From Geosiphon pyriformis uo1 (lineage: Eukaryota; Fungi; Glomeromycota): a stretch of DNA of 64,000 nucleotides. Made by a program: the position numbers and the translations under genes. The stretch is from assembly GCA_016748015.1 (NCBI GenBank), contig JAAOMT010000529.1:190848-254847 (forward strand). Reading direction: 5' to 3'. This document shows positions 1-10,603 of this stretch, piece by piece (positions within the stretch are counted from its first letter, which is position 1; each line of letters begins with the position of its first letter). The notes beneath the pieces are model-generated. The model was given only the letters and a program-made list of their open reading frames with translations. It did not search any database and was not told the origin of the DNA.

Positions 1-96
1 AAATGATAATTTGAAATAATATTAATATACTAATTAATTATAGGAATTATAAGGGTAATTTCATGCTAATTAATAGCTAAAATTCTACTGGTAATA
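1..96 (-). repeat. Partial gypsy LTR (one terminus; runs off the window edge)
   Basis: Matches the LTR ends at 1770-1861, 10510-10603 and 13340-13431. Ends ...aattctactggtaata, a C>T variant of ctggtaaca. No adjacent PPT. Confidence 0.85.
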
Positions 97-894
97 TCGC
101 CATTCTTCAGATTTTATGTTCATTGTGGAGATATCTTTCCAACTGTTGCAATATTTGTTTTCAGACATCATCAATTGGTGTCTTCTTACATATTCAGTTG
201 TTGATTAGGATCATATACTAACACATTTTATTACATGTTTTTCTATGCCCAGGAATGTCATTCCACATTCTTTCATTAGGCAAAATAGTTCCACATGCAA
301 GACATGGTTTATTGTCCCATTTTCTCTGTTGTTTTGGTCATTCAAAGCATTCTATGATGCATGAGTGACAGTAGAATTTTGTTGCTATGGAGTATTCTTT
401 GTTGTTGCCACAGCATACACCTATTGATGACAATTTTTTACTATAATTGATGCATATGAGCTTTGGTTGACAATAGGTAGATTATTTTAATATAGTATAT
501 GTATAGGAGTTATAAGTAGTGATGTTGGTGAGTGTTGTTTCTTCCTCTTTCTCTTTTTTTTTTTCCTTATTACTTCTTTTTTTTTCCCAAGTTATTAGCT
601 CTTCTTGGCTGTTGTCAGTTCCCCAGGCTTGGTTGAAATTCCAGATAAGTTCTTTTTTTTGTTTTCCTTTCTTATTGTCATTCCAAAAGAGTATCAATGA
701 TAGCTTGTTGTGGTTTTTGTTGGCCCATGAAATTTGGTAAGCTTTTCAGGTAGGTTTCTCTTTTTTTTCTTCAAATTTGATTAGTGGTGCTGATGTAGTG
801 CCATTTGGTTTGAAGTGGCCACATGTGGCTAACACTCTTGTATGTTGTCCATCCTAACTGAGCTGTAGTTCCTGTGTATTTCAATCAAGCATGG
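97..894 (-). pseudogene. Fragment of a related gypsy subfamily: post-protease linker and Cys-rich domain
   Basis: Minus-strand translation LD*NTQELQLS*DGQHTRVLATCGHFK...FYCHSCIIECFE*PKQQRKWDNKPCLACGTILP aligns by eye with 6880-7420. Interrupted by LTRs on both sides. Confidence 0.8.
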
Positions 895-1861
895 TATTAC
901 TGGAGGTTTTTGGTCTCTTTTCTTAAATATTGTTGATGTTGATTTACTGTAAATTCACATTTCCAGGAAGTAGTTGGACCTCCAATAACTGAATTCATCT
1001 TCAAATTATCTTCTATAATTTGAACTGCTGGGCTTATAAGTAGAATGGCCAATTTTTTGCCAGTTACTTTATGTAGTTACATTGTAGTAAATGTCAACTC
1101 TTTCCTAAGAATTGTTTGTCTGGAAGCTTACTAAAAATGTGTAGTTACTTTGCTGTGAAAGTTAACTCTTCTACAGAAATTTTGTCTGTAGGCTACCCTA
1201 ATGATTATGATAAGAAAAAATAAATAAATAAAAGAAATGTAAAAGAAATAGAATTCTGTCAAGAGAAACGTTTTCTATCCAGGCCTGAAGTCACTAATAG
1301 TTTATTGAAATTAGTAGCTAATCAATTTCAAAATGTTAGTTGTGTTGAGAGAATTTCCAGTGTAATAATTTTAAGGATTTGTTTTCGAATATTTAATTTT
1401 TATTTAAATGTGTAAAAAGTGATTTGTTTCAATTAAGATATCTAAAGTAGGATACTATGATAAGATATGGGAAGAATACATTTTCTTGAAGAGAAAAGCT
1501 CTTTTTTTATACAACTTGTTGTAGTATTAGTTTTTGAACTTGCACTTTTCTCCTTGCTACAATTTAGGTGAACTAAAGATACATTTCGGCAAATTTACAA
1601 GTTATTTCACTGAACTATTGATTATTTCGGCAAATTTTCCTTAATTTCAGCAAATTTTGACTATGTTAAATGGTTCAGGGTATTATGTAATTTGATCATC
1701 TTAATTTCTAGAATACAAATCGGATTATTAACTGAATAATAATATTTGATAATTTGGCTAATTTAATAAGTAATAATCGAAATAATAATGTATGCTAATT
1801 AATAATAGGAATTATGAAGTTAATTTCATGCTAATTAATAGTTAAAATTTTACTGGTAACA
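895..1861 (-). repeat. 3' LTR (967 bp)
   Basis: Plus strand begins tattactggagg (variant of tgttaccagagg) and ends ctggtaaca. Colinear with 12459-13431. Confidence 0.9.
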
Positions 1862-2549
1862 TAATCTCCTCCTCAAGACTGAGCTCTATCAAAGTCCAAG
1901 CACTATCTGTGATGTTAAGATAGTGGTCCAAGATAATCGAAGTGATTTGGTTTGAAAATTGTTGAAATTTCAGTTCTGTGAGCTTTCTAATATATTGAAT
2001 TTTTATTGGATGGAGTATTGAATTTTGTAGGACGTTTTCACAAGTGTTGAATAAATTATAAAGTCTAAATGCTGCTCTAAGTTTGTAGTGAGTGTTTGTT
2101 GGTCCTGCTGCTGTCTTGAATTCATTGTGAATTTGTTTTTGTATAATCTCAGAAGTGATGTTGGTTGTTTCAAGTTCCAGTTTTCGTTTATAAAGTGTTT
2201 TTCCAATATAAAAATATCTATATATAAGGGTATGTTCATTGTTCTGTTCATTAAGGAATAGTAGAAGTTTTTGTTAAATTGTGGTATTTAGTAGAATGTT
2301 AATAAGGGCAATTAAAAAGTTTTCCTTTAGTGCTTGCTTCAAAAGTTCTGTTAATTTTTTTTTAGAGTGATCTTTTGTTTTTCTTCTATAGAAGTGATAG
2401 TTCTAAGAATTATTTACTATTGGGACTGTAGTTTCTTTCTGAATGTAATTAATTTGACTTCTATTAATCATTATGGATAAGTCAGGAAGTGTTTTCAAAG
2501 CTAAAATTAATTTTTGGGATATTTGTTGAATATTTCAGGGAATAATCAT
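1842..2549 (-). pseudogene. Extra ORF3 of the gypsy element (236 codons, 3 internal stops), function unknown
   Basis: One frame from ATG 2549 to TAA 1842 with no frameshift: ...YRYFYIGKTLYKRKLELE...IHNEFKTAAGPTNTHYKLRAAFRLYNLFNTCENVLQNSILHPIKIQYIRKLTELKFQQF.... Homolog at 13434-13730. Confidence 0.7.
1862..1876 (-). other. Polypurine tract (PPT)
   Basis: Minus strand TTGAGGAGGAGATTA directly precedes the LTR start TGTTACCAG. Confidence 0.8.
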
Positions 2550-2759
2550 AATAAAAATGACTAACTAACTAAAAAAAAAACAAGAAAATTATTTTTGGGT
2601 CTAGGAGTTTTTATTTGTTTTTGGGTTTGGGTTTTTCTTGTAATTATTTGCTATTTTTGTTTTCTGTTTTTGTGTTTTTTAAAAAGGATTATTGTAAGAA
2701 TATGTTAAATTAAGTGTTTAAGTTTGGTTGTTGTTTTATTATAATTATTGGTTCTAAAT

Positions 2760-4100
2760 TTCAGGGAATATCTTCAGGATTAATTAAAGAAGAATGTATA
2801 CTAATTTGTGGAATTAATGGTTCAGGATTGTTTCTGAAATGATAGTGTTTCAGTTTATCTCTATGTGCAACTTTTGCTAGTATTTTGTCATCAAGTCTTA
2901 ACTTGTATAATCTATTGCCTAAAATTTCGTGAATATAAAATGGTCCATCTTATTTGTTTTCAAATTTTCCACTCCATTGTTTTTCAGCCTTAGTTCTGTG
3001 TAAAAAAACTTTATTTTCAACTTTAAATTTGTTGGTTATGGATGGTAATTTGTTGTCATGTCTTTTTTTTTGTTGAGCTTGAGAGTGTTCAATATGAGTT
3101 GCTGCTATTCTTCTTTTTCCTTCCAATGTACTAAGAAGAGTGTAGGCCTTTCTTTGGAGTGTGTCTTGAAAGTTTTCTTCATTGATTGGTTGCACTGGGT
3201 ATGCTTCCACTGTGAAATTAATTGGTAATATTGCTGTTCTTCCATAAGTAAGATCAAATAGTGTGTGTTTCATAGTATCTTGTTTTAGTGTTCTGTATGC
3301 TAGTAATACTGATGGAATAAAGATATCTTATTCCTGTTCAAAATTTGTTGAGACTTTGGCTAAAGATTTACACAATGTTTTGTTAAAACGTTCTACAAGT
3401 CTATTTGTTTGAGAGTGATAAGGTGATGATAGAGGTCTTTTGACATTGAATCATTTACAAATTTTTTGTATTAAGTTGTTCACAAAATGTGTTTCTTGAT
3501 TAGATAAAAGTTTAATTGGGCATCCATGTCTACAGATAATGTTTTCATAAATGAAATTTGCTACTGATTTTGCATTTGCTCTTTGGATGGCTCTAGCTTC
3601 AAGCCATTTGGTGAGATAATCTACTGCAACTGCAATATAACAATTTCCTTGAATTGTGATAGGTAGTGGTCCGACTAAATCAATTCCAACTCTGTCAAAA
3701 GATTGTCCAACTTTGATTGAATTTAAAGGTTCTGTGGGGTGAGTTCCTCCTCTTCTTTAACAATTATCACAAGATTCTACATATTGTCAAATGTCTTTTT
3801 GCATGTGTGGCCAAAAGTAATGTTCAAAGGTTTTTTGGATTGTTCCATCTCTTTCCAAGTGTGCTGAAGATAAGTCTGTGTGCATATTGTATAGGATTGT
3901 TTCTTTTTCATTCTTCTGTACTAATCTGAGTGATTGGTTTGAGTTTTTATGATTTTTGTAGTAGATTTTGTTGTGGTATATGAAATATTGTTTGGATTGG
4001 TATTGTAACTAATGTTTTTTACTTGGAAACCAATCTTCTAGTATAGTAAGAGTCTCCAAATAGTTTTTAAGATTGTTGTAATTTCTGGGGTCCATTGTTG
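2760..4100 (-). pseudogene. Integrase (HHCC zinc finger, catalytic core, GPF/Y module), disrupted
   Basis: VGIDLVGPLP, AVDYLTKWLEA, LLSNQETHF, YHSQTNRLVERFNKTL, FENK*DGPFYI. No chromodomain seen. Confidence 0.9.
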
Positions 4101-4179
4101 TTTTGTTGGTAGTGGTAAATTGTAGTGAAATTGTTGGTGGTGTTAATCTTGTCTCATTTTTGAGAGACTATCAACATTA

Positions 4180-5560
4180 GTGTATAGTTTTTCTGGTTTA
4201 TAGTGTACAATATATTTGTAGTCTACTAGGAAATCATTCCATCAAGACTGTTTGGCACTTTGTTCAGTTTTCTTTTTATTGAGCCATTTGAGGCCAATGT
4301 TGTCAGTTATGATATCAAATTCTTTTCCATTTTTCAAGTATTATTGAAAGTGTTTAAGAGCCCAAATGACTACAGCTGCTTCCAATTCAGTTGAGCCATA
4401 TTTAAGTTCTGTTGGTTTGAGTGTTCTACTAGTATAAGCAATGACTTGTTTCTGGCCATTTCTATCCAATTGTGACAGGATGGCACCAAAAGCTATGTGT
4501 AAAGCATTAGTGGCTAGTTGGAACCATTTGTTGAAGTCTGAGTAAGCAAAAACTGGGGCTATTGTCAATCTTGTTTTGAGAGTTTCAAAAGCTTTTTGTT
4601 GTTCTTTCATCCATTTGTATGGCACATTTTTGTTGATGAGATAATTGAGTGGTTTGGTAATTTCTGAGAATTCTTTAATAAATTTCCGATAATAGAAGGC
4701 TAATCCTACAAATCCTCATAGCTCTGTAGTGTTTTTGGAAGTTTGGAAGTTTTTAATAGCACTGATTGTTCCAGAGTTTGGTTTGACTCCATCTTTGCTC
4801 ACAATGTGTCCAAGAAAGATTAAGCTTGTTTTTCCAAAGTGACATTTCTCAATGTTTAACTTTAATCCTGCTTTCCATAATCATTGAAAAACTTTTTACA
4901 GGTGAATAAGATGGGCTTCAAAGCTTGGTGAGTATACATTAGTGTTATCAAGATAAACAACTACTGATTGCCACAAGAGTCTTTCATATATAATATCCAT
5001 AAGTCACTGAAATGTTGTTAGTGCATTGCAGAGTTCAAAAAGCATAACATTGAATTCATAGTTTCTTTCTTGAGTGGTGAATACTGTTTTGGGTCTATTT
5101 TTTGGGTCTATTTCGACTTGCCAGTATCCACTTTCCAAGTCTAAAGTTGAGAAGAACTTGGCTTTTCCTAGAGCATCTAGCATGTCATTAATTCTTGGAA
5201 GAAGATAGGCATCTCCAATTGTGACACTATTCAATTGTCTATAATCAACACAGAATCTGATTTTTCCGTTTTTCTTTTTAACTAAAACTACTAGTGAGGT
5301 CCAAGAACTTCTTGATGATTGAATCAATCCATTATTGAGCATTCTTTGGACCTCTTCTCTAATGAATTGGTGGCTGGCAGGTGGCACTCAATAAGCTTGT
5401 TGTCTTTTTGGTGAAGCATCTCCTGTATGAATCTGATGTTGAACAATATTAGTTTTTCCAAGATCATTGTTGTTCTTTGCAAAGATATCTGCAAATTCAG
5501 CTATTAGCTGTTTCAATTGTCTTTTTTGTTGGGGTTCTAAGAGACCCATGTTGATTCAAG
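4180..5560 (-). pseudogene. Reverse transcriptase and RNase H, disrupted
   Basis: RFCVDYRQLN, FSTLDLESGYWQV, VVVYLDN (YLDD). RNase H: LATNA..FGAILSQ...YGSTELEAAVVIWALKHF. Confidence 0.93.
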
Positions 5561-5990
5561 AGAGTTTTTCTTCCAAAAAGTGGTAGTTTTCAGTAGTAAA
5601 AATGATGTTTGGATTTGGAAATAGAGTATGTCTTATAATTTCGATGAAATTAGAGACAATTTAAGGGTTTTTATCTTGGAAGATGTTATTATGTATAATT
5701 TTAATTTTTAATTTATTTAATAGAACAATAGGGTAATTGTTGGGATTGTAGAATATAACTTGAAATTTTTTCATTCCTTTAGGAATATAAACATTTGAAA
5801 TTGAGATTTCATGCTTCAAACAGATTTGTTCATTGGATTCAAAGATTTGTTGGGTAGTAGTGGGTTTTGAGCAGATGTAAATTTCGTGATGTTTTCCAAA
5901 AGATGAAATAGTAATTGGTTGGGAAAGTTGAAGAATCTGGTGGGATTTATTTTGTGCATTAAGAGCTATGTTTACTGGCACTGTAAATCG

Positions 5991-6400
5991 TCCAGTTAAA
6001 CCAAAATCTTGAGTTCTTCTTTCACTTTTTCTCAATTGTTCTCTGTTTTTAACTGATTGTAAACCGAAAATGTTGATTAGATAAATTGCTTGGGCAATCT
6101 TTTCAGCATGTTCAATCTTGAATGGTTTGTTTGTTTCATTCTGCAATATAATAGTAATGTCTCTAGTATATCCTGTATCTATAATTCCTCTTTTGACATT
6201 GATTCCTTTGCTTGCTAATGATGATCTGGATGCAATTTGAACCATTGCTTTAAGTAGAATTTCAAGAGCAATTTTAAGGTTGATTTTGATTAAGGATTTT
6301 GGTTGAAGAACCAAAGTGTCTTTGCCAGGATATCTTAGGTCATATCCTGCATTTATTTCGTGAGCTTTTTTTGGTTTTATCCCTTTTCCATTGTTGTCAA
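5991..6400 (-). CDS. dUTPase domain within the gypsy polyprotein (in ORF 5661-6704)
   Basis: All five trimeric dUTPase motifs in order: AGYDL, RSSLA, GIIDTGYT, IAQAI, RRTQDFGLTG (degenerate RGxxGFGSTG). Confidence 0.9.
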
Positions 6401-6534
6401 AGTATTTGAGTTGTATAGCAGACTGGTTTTCAATAAGATAGATTGGTGTGGTTGCAGTTTTTTTTTTTGTTTCAGGTTTTCCAAATTCAATTTTTTTTTG
6501 GTCATTTTCACTGGGCAGAGGAATACTAAGAGCA

Positions 6535-7133
6535 TAGCATTCTGGACACCATTTTTTATTACAAGACATGATGTATTCTTCATATAATTGAATGTTTATT
6601 TGTTCTAATTGTTGAATTTGAGCTTCTTGGATTGGGTATATGTGGCTTGCAATTTGGTGATATGTCTCTACTTTATTTTCATAGTTGAATTCAGCTAATT
6701 CCATTGTATACTCAATGTATTCAGCTTTTTTTATTTAGTGGACATTTTTTTGTGTGGCTCCATTAATTAATGCCATTGCTAAGTCAAAAATTATTTCAGC
6801 ATTATAAGGGTAGTGGTAGAGTTTATTGAAAGCACTATTGTATGCTGTATCAAATAATGTTCTTCTTTTGATTTTTTCCGAAATTGATAGAGCATATTGA
6901 CAGGTTTAATCACATACTCCTCTTTTCATTGCAACATCAATCCAGTTGCATTCTTCTGGTAGCATATCTCCACATGTGAGACAAGAAGTGTTGTCCTATT
7001 TTCCATTCCTTTTGGGATATCCAAATCGTTCTCTATGGCATGCTTTGCAAAAATAGCAGGTATGAGTTTTATATTCCTCTTCTGGAGAAATACATGCTTC
7101 CATTGATGAAAGTTTCTTGTTGCAATCTTTGCA
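6535..7133 (-). pseudogene. Cys-rich putative metal-binding domain between protease and dUTPase
   Basis: CKDCNKK...CYFCKAC...CLTCG...C...VCD*TCQY...CNKKWCPEC. Homologous segment at 97-480. Confidence 0.7.
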
Positions 7134-7399
7134 TTTAAGTGGAATATAGGGTGGTTGTTTCTGAAGTTCTGGTGTAAAATATCTAACTTTTTTCTATTCT
7201 CTTGATTCTTCAAAAATCTCTTGTTCTGTTTTCTCAGCCTAATTAGATGTTGATCCAAGAGCCATATAAATTTTAGTAAGTGGCATTTCTTTCTTCTTTT
7301 TAAATTCAAATACTGGGGCTTTTTCTAATCATTTGTTAAAAGTACCACAAGTAGCAAGTACTATGGTGTATTGTCCTTGGTATGAGATTTTTAGTTCCT

Positions 7400-7700
7400 G
7401 AGTTTCTCAATTTAAGTTTGTATTGGCCTTAAAAAGCCAATTATTTTCAACTAAAGCTTGATATTAGGGTGCATCCATGACTAGAACTTTGACTGGAATG
7501 GTGATTCCATCAATGGTGAATGGGAAGTTGTCAATTTCTCTTACTGGTGTTTTTTTCATATCATCTGCTGTAATAATTACAGTTTGGGCTGGTTTGTCAA
7601 CCGTTTTTTGAAGCTGTTGCATTAATTGGTAGGTGATAATACTTTCAGCTAATCCACTGTCTAGAATTAGTCAGATGGGTTTTCCTTCTACTGTAGCTTC
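7400..7700 (-). pseudogene. Retropepsin (aspartic protease)
   Basis: EGKPI*LILDSGLAESII...IPVKVLVMDAP*YQALVENNWL. Confidence 0.85.
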
Positions 7701-9760
7701 AGTGTATATGGCAGTGATAGCTTTTTGTTCATTAGCTGCTGCATTACTAAGCAAGAATGGTGATTCATTTGCTTCAAATTTGAATGAAAATATATCTGAG
7801 AGGTTGGTATTTTGGGCAATTTGGGCTAGTGGAATAGTGTTGTTGGAAGGGTTTGATCTTGGTGCTGCAACTTTACTTTCAGAAAGTGCAGATTGTTGAA
7901 AATTCGATCCTTCAGACATTGTAAAATAACTGGGTTGAGTATGATAGTGATTGGGTCTTTGCTGACCAGAATTTCAGAAAACCAACTGGTTATTTGAGTT
8001 GATTTTGTTGTTGTTATTCTGAAATTGATTTTGAGATGTAAATGGGTTATGTTAAACCAATCTTCTGACTGGTACTTGATATTGTTGAGTGAGTGGTGTC
8101 TGATATTGCTAAATTGGTAAAGGTTGCTGATATTGTTGTTGTATTGGTTGTGGAGCTGGTTGATAGTAACTGTTTTGATTTTGTGGTCTTGGTAAATAAT
8201 AAGTTGGTAGTAGAGATTGGTAATAAGATTGTTGTGGTGAAGAGTAATGTTAATTACTCTTGTTCTGTTGGTTTCTTTGCAATTTTCTGCAATCTCGTTT
8301 CCAGTGTCCTGGAATTTCACAATAATGACAATTTTGAGATTGGTTGTTGGATGGTAATCTAAAATTGTTTTGGTTGTATCATTGTGGTAGTTGATATCTT
8401 TGTGGTTGTTGCTGCTGTTGTTGTTGGTTTGTAAAGTAGCTTTCAACCTTTTTTGTGAGTTGATCTATTTTTTTTTAGCTGCTGAACTGGTTTTTTCAAT
8501 AGCTAGATTGACAAGTTTGGTGTGATTTGCTTCTTTCATTGCCATTTCATAGTTCTTTACATGTCTAATGGCTGTTGCTAAATCTTCTGGAGCAAGTGAA
8601 TGGACTTTTTTGATCAATTTGTCTTTCAATTCTGCTATGAACTGATCCAGAATCTGAGCATTAGAATAGTATTTATTGGTTTCCAATTGTCGAATTTGTC
8701 GAAGAAGTTTGTTGAATCTTTCAAGATAGGTTATAACAGTTTCAAATGTTTCTTGTTTGATATTGCGAAAGTGATTGCGGAGAGTGATAAAGATGTTGTT
8801 GTCAGTGAATTTTTGTATGAAAGCATTTTTGAATGCTTGTCAATTTTCAAATGGTCTTTCTAAGTTTTCAAACCATTCTTTTGCTGTTCCTTGGAGAAAG
8901 TATGAGATTGCTTTGAGCATTTTTGCTGTATTCCAACCATTTACATCTTCTGCTTTCTGGACTTTATCAAGCCATTCTTGTGGACTGGTATCATTATTTT
9001 CACCAGTAAATTCTGGAATCTTTGCAATGTAAGCAGTTGCTATTTCTTCTTCGTTTTCTGGAGTTTCTTTTTGTTCTGATTCAGTTTTTTTACTTTCCAG
9101 GTTTTTTGAATGATTACTTTCGTTTTCCTGTAAGTACTCAATAATATTGGTGCTAGTTGATATTGGTTTCTGCTGTTGAGTAAGATTTTTAGAAGACTGA
9201 AAATCTTCTGGTCTGGAGAAATGGTTAAGTAGTGAACTTGGTGTTTGTAGTTGAATAAGTAAAATTGGAAATAGTGTAATAGAAAGTGGTAATTTGATAT
9301 TGGTTTCTTGTTCAGGTGTTTGCAAGTGTTTGGCAGTTGTCTTTTGTAGTATTGGAGTGTTTGGAGTGGTTCTTGAGTATTTGTTTCAATTTTTGTTTGC
9401 CTTTGTTGCTTGTTTCTGTCTCTGATTCAAAGTCAATAGAGTATTGAGACTGTACTGGGTATTTTTCTTTACAATACTCAATAATGTTAAAATTAAGTTC
9501 TTGGAAGTAGGTAGCAAGTGTTTCACTGTTCAGGTCTTCAGTTCCCAACTGTGAATAGTGTACTAAATTATTGTAGAGGTTGCTTCTAACTTCTGAAATA
9601 TTGTAGTTTCCAAAAGATAATTGTTGATGCAATTTTCAATGTATTGGTATACTGATTTCTTGACAACTTCAATTCCGTCTGAGATGTTGAATCTTTGCTT
9701 GTAGTGGATGTAAATTGACTGATAATACTCTAGAGTTGCTGTGTTTGGTATGGTCGCCAC
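7700..9760 (-). pseudogene. gag (capsid-like core, CCHC knuckle, Q/P-rich region), frameshifted
   Basis: KIPEFTGE..SPQEWL...FLQGTAKEWF...ILDQFIAELK. Knuckle CHYCEIPGHWKRDC near 8288-8330. Confidence 0.88.
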
Positions 9761-9784
9761 TTTGAATTTGTTGTTGCTGTGTTA

Positions 9785-9805
9785 TTTCCATGTGAGAGCA
9801 CCAAA
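9785..9805 (-). other. Primer binding site
   Basis: Minus strand TT-TGGTGCTCTCACATGGAAA follows the LTR end. Complementary to a tRNA 3' end ...GAGCACCA; tRNA identity not assigned. Confidence 0.8.
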
Positions 9806-10603
9806 TGTTACCAGAGGTTTTTGGTCTCTTTTCCAGGAATTGCTCATCTGAAAGCTCACTAAAAATGTGTAGTTATTTTGCTGTGAAAGTCAACTCTTCT
9901 ACAGGAATCTTGTCTGTAGGCTACCCTAATGATTATGATAAGAAAAGAAAGAAAAATAAAAGAAATGTAAAAGAAATAGAATTCTGTCAAGGGAAACGTT
10001 TTCTATTCAGGCCTGGAGTCACTAACAATTTATTGAAATTGGTAGCTAATCAATTTCAAAACGTTAGTTGTGTGAAGGGAATTTCAAATGTAATAATTTT
10101 AAGAATTTGTTTTTCGAATATTTAATTTTTATTTAAATATATAAAAGGTAATTTGTTTTAATTAAGGTGTCTAAAGTAAGATGCTATGGTAAGATACTAT
10201 GAGAAGATATGAGAAGGATACATTTTTTTGAAGAGAGAAGCTCTTCTTTTATATAACTTGTTGTAGTATTAGTCTTTGAACTTGCACTTTTCTCTTTGCT
10301 ACAATTTGAGTAAACTAAAGATATATTTCGGCAAATTTACAAGTTATTTCACTGAACTATTGATTATTTCGGCGAATTTTTCTTAATTTCGGCGAATTTT
10401 GACTATGTTAAATGGTTCAGGGTATTGTGTAATTTGATCATCTTAATTTCTAGAGTACAAATCGGATTATTGACTGAATAATGATGTTTGATAATTTGGC
10501 TAATTTAATAAGTAATAATCGAAATAATAATATATGCTAATTAATAATAGAAATTATGAAGGTAATTTTATGCTAATTAATAGCTAAAATTCTACTGGTA
10601 ACA
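9806..10603 (-). repeat. 5' LTR (798 bp, internal deletion of about 180 bp)
   Basis: Ends tgttaccag...ctggtaaca, a perfect 9-bp terminal inverted repeat. Lacks the segment present near 920-1100 and 12485-12665. Confidence 0.92.

Larger units (their letters stand above)
895..10603 (-). mobile_element. Ty3/gypsy LTR retrotransposon, degenerate (LTR-PBS-gag-PR-Cys domain-dUTPase-RT-RH-IN-ORF3-PPT-LTR)
   Basis: Flanking LTRs, PBS and PPT. PR-RT-RH-IN order is diagnostic of Ty3/gypsy. Many in-frame stops and frameshifts. No matching TSD. Confidence 0.93.

Noticed and set aside
2003-2251. 82-aa ORF from the track taken as the gypsy extra gene
   Set aside because: It is an alternative frame. The overlapping frame 1842-2549 is longer and is the one with a homolog at 13434-13730.
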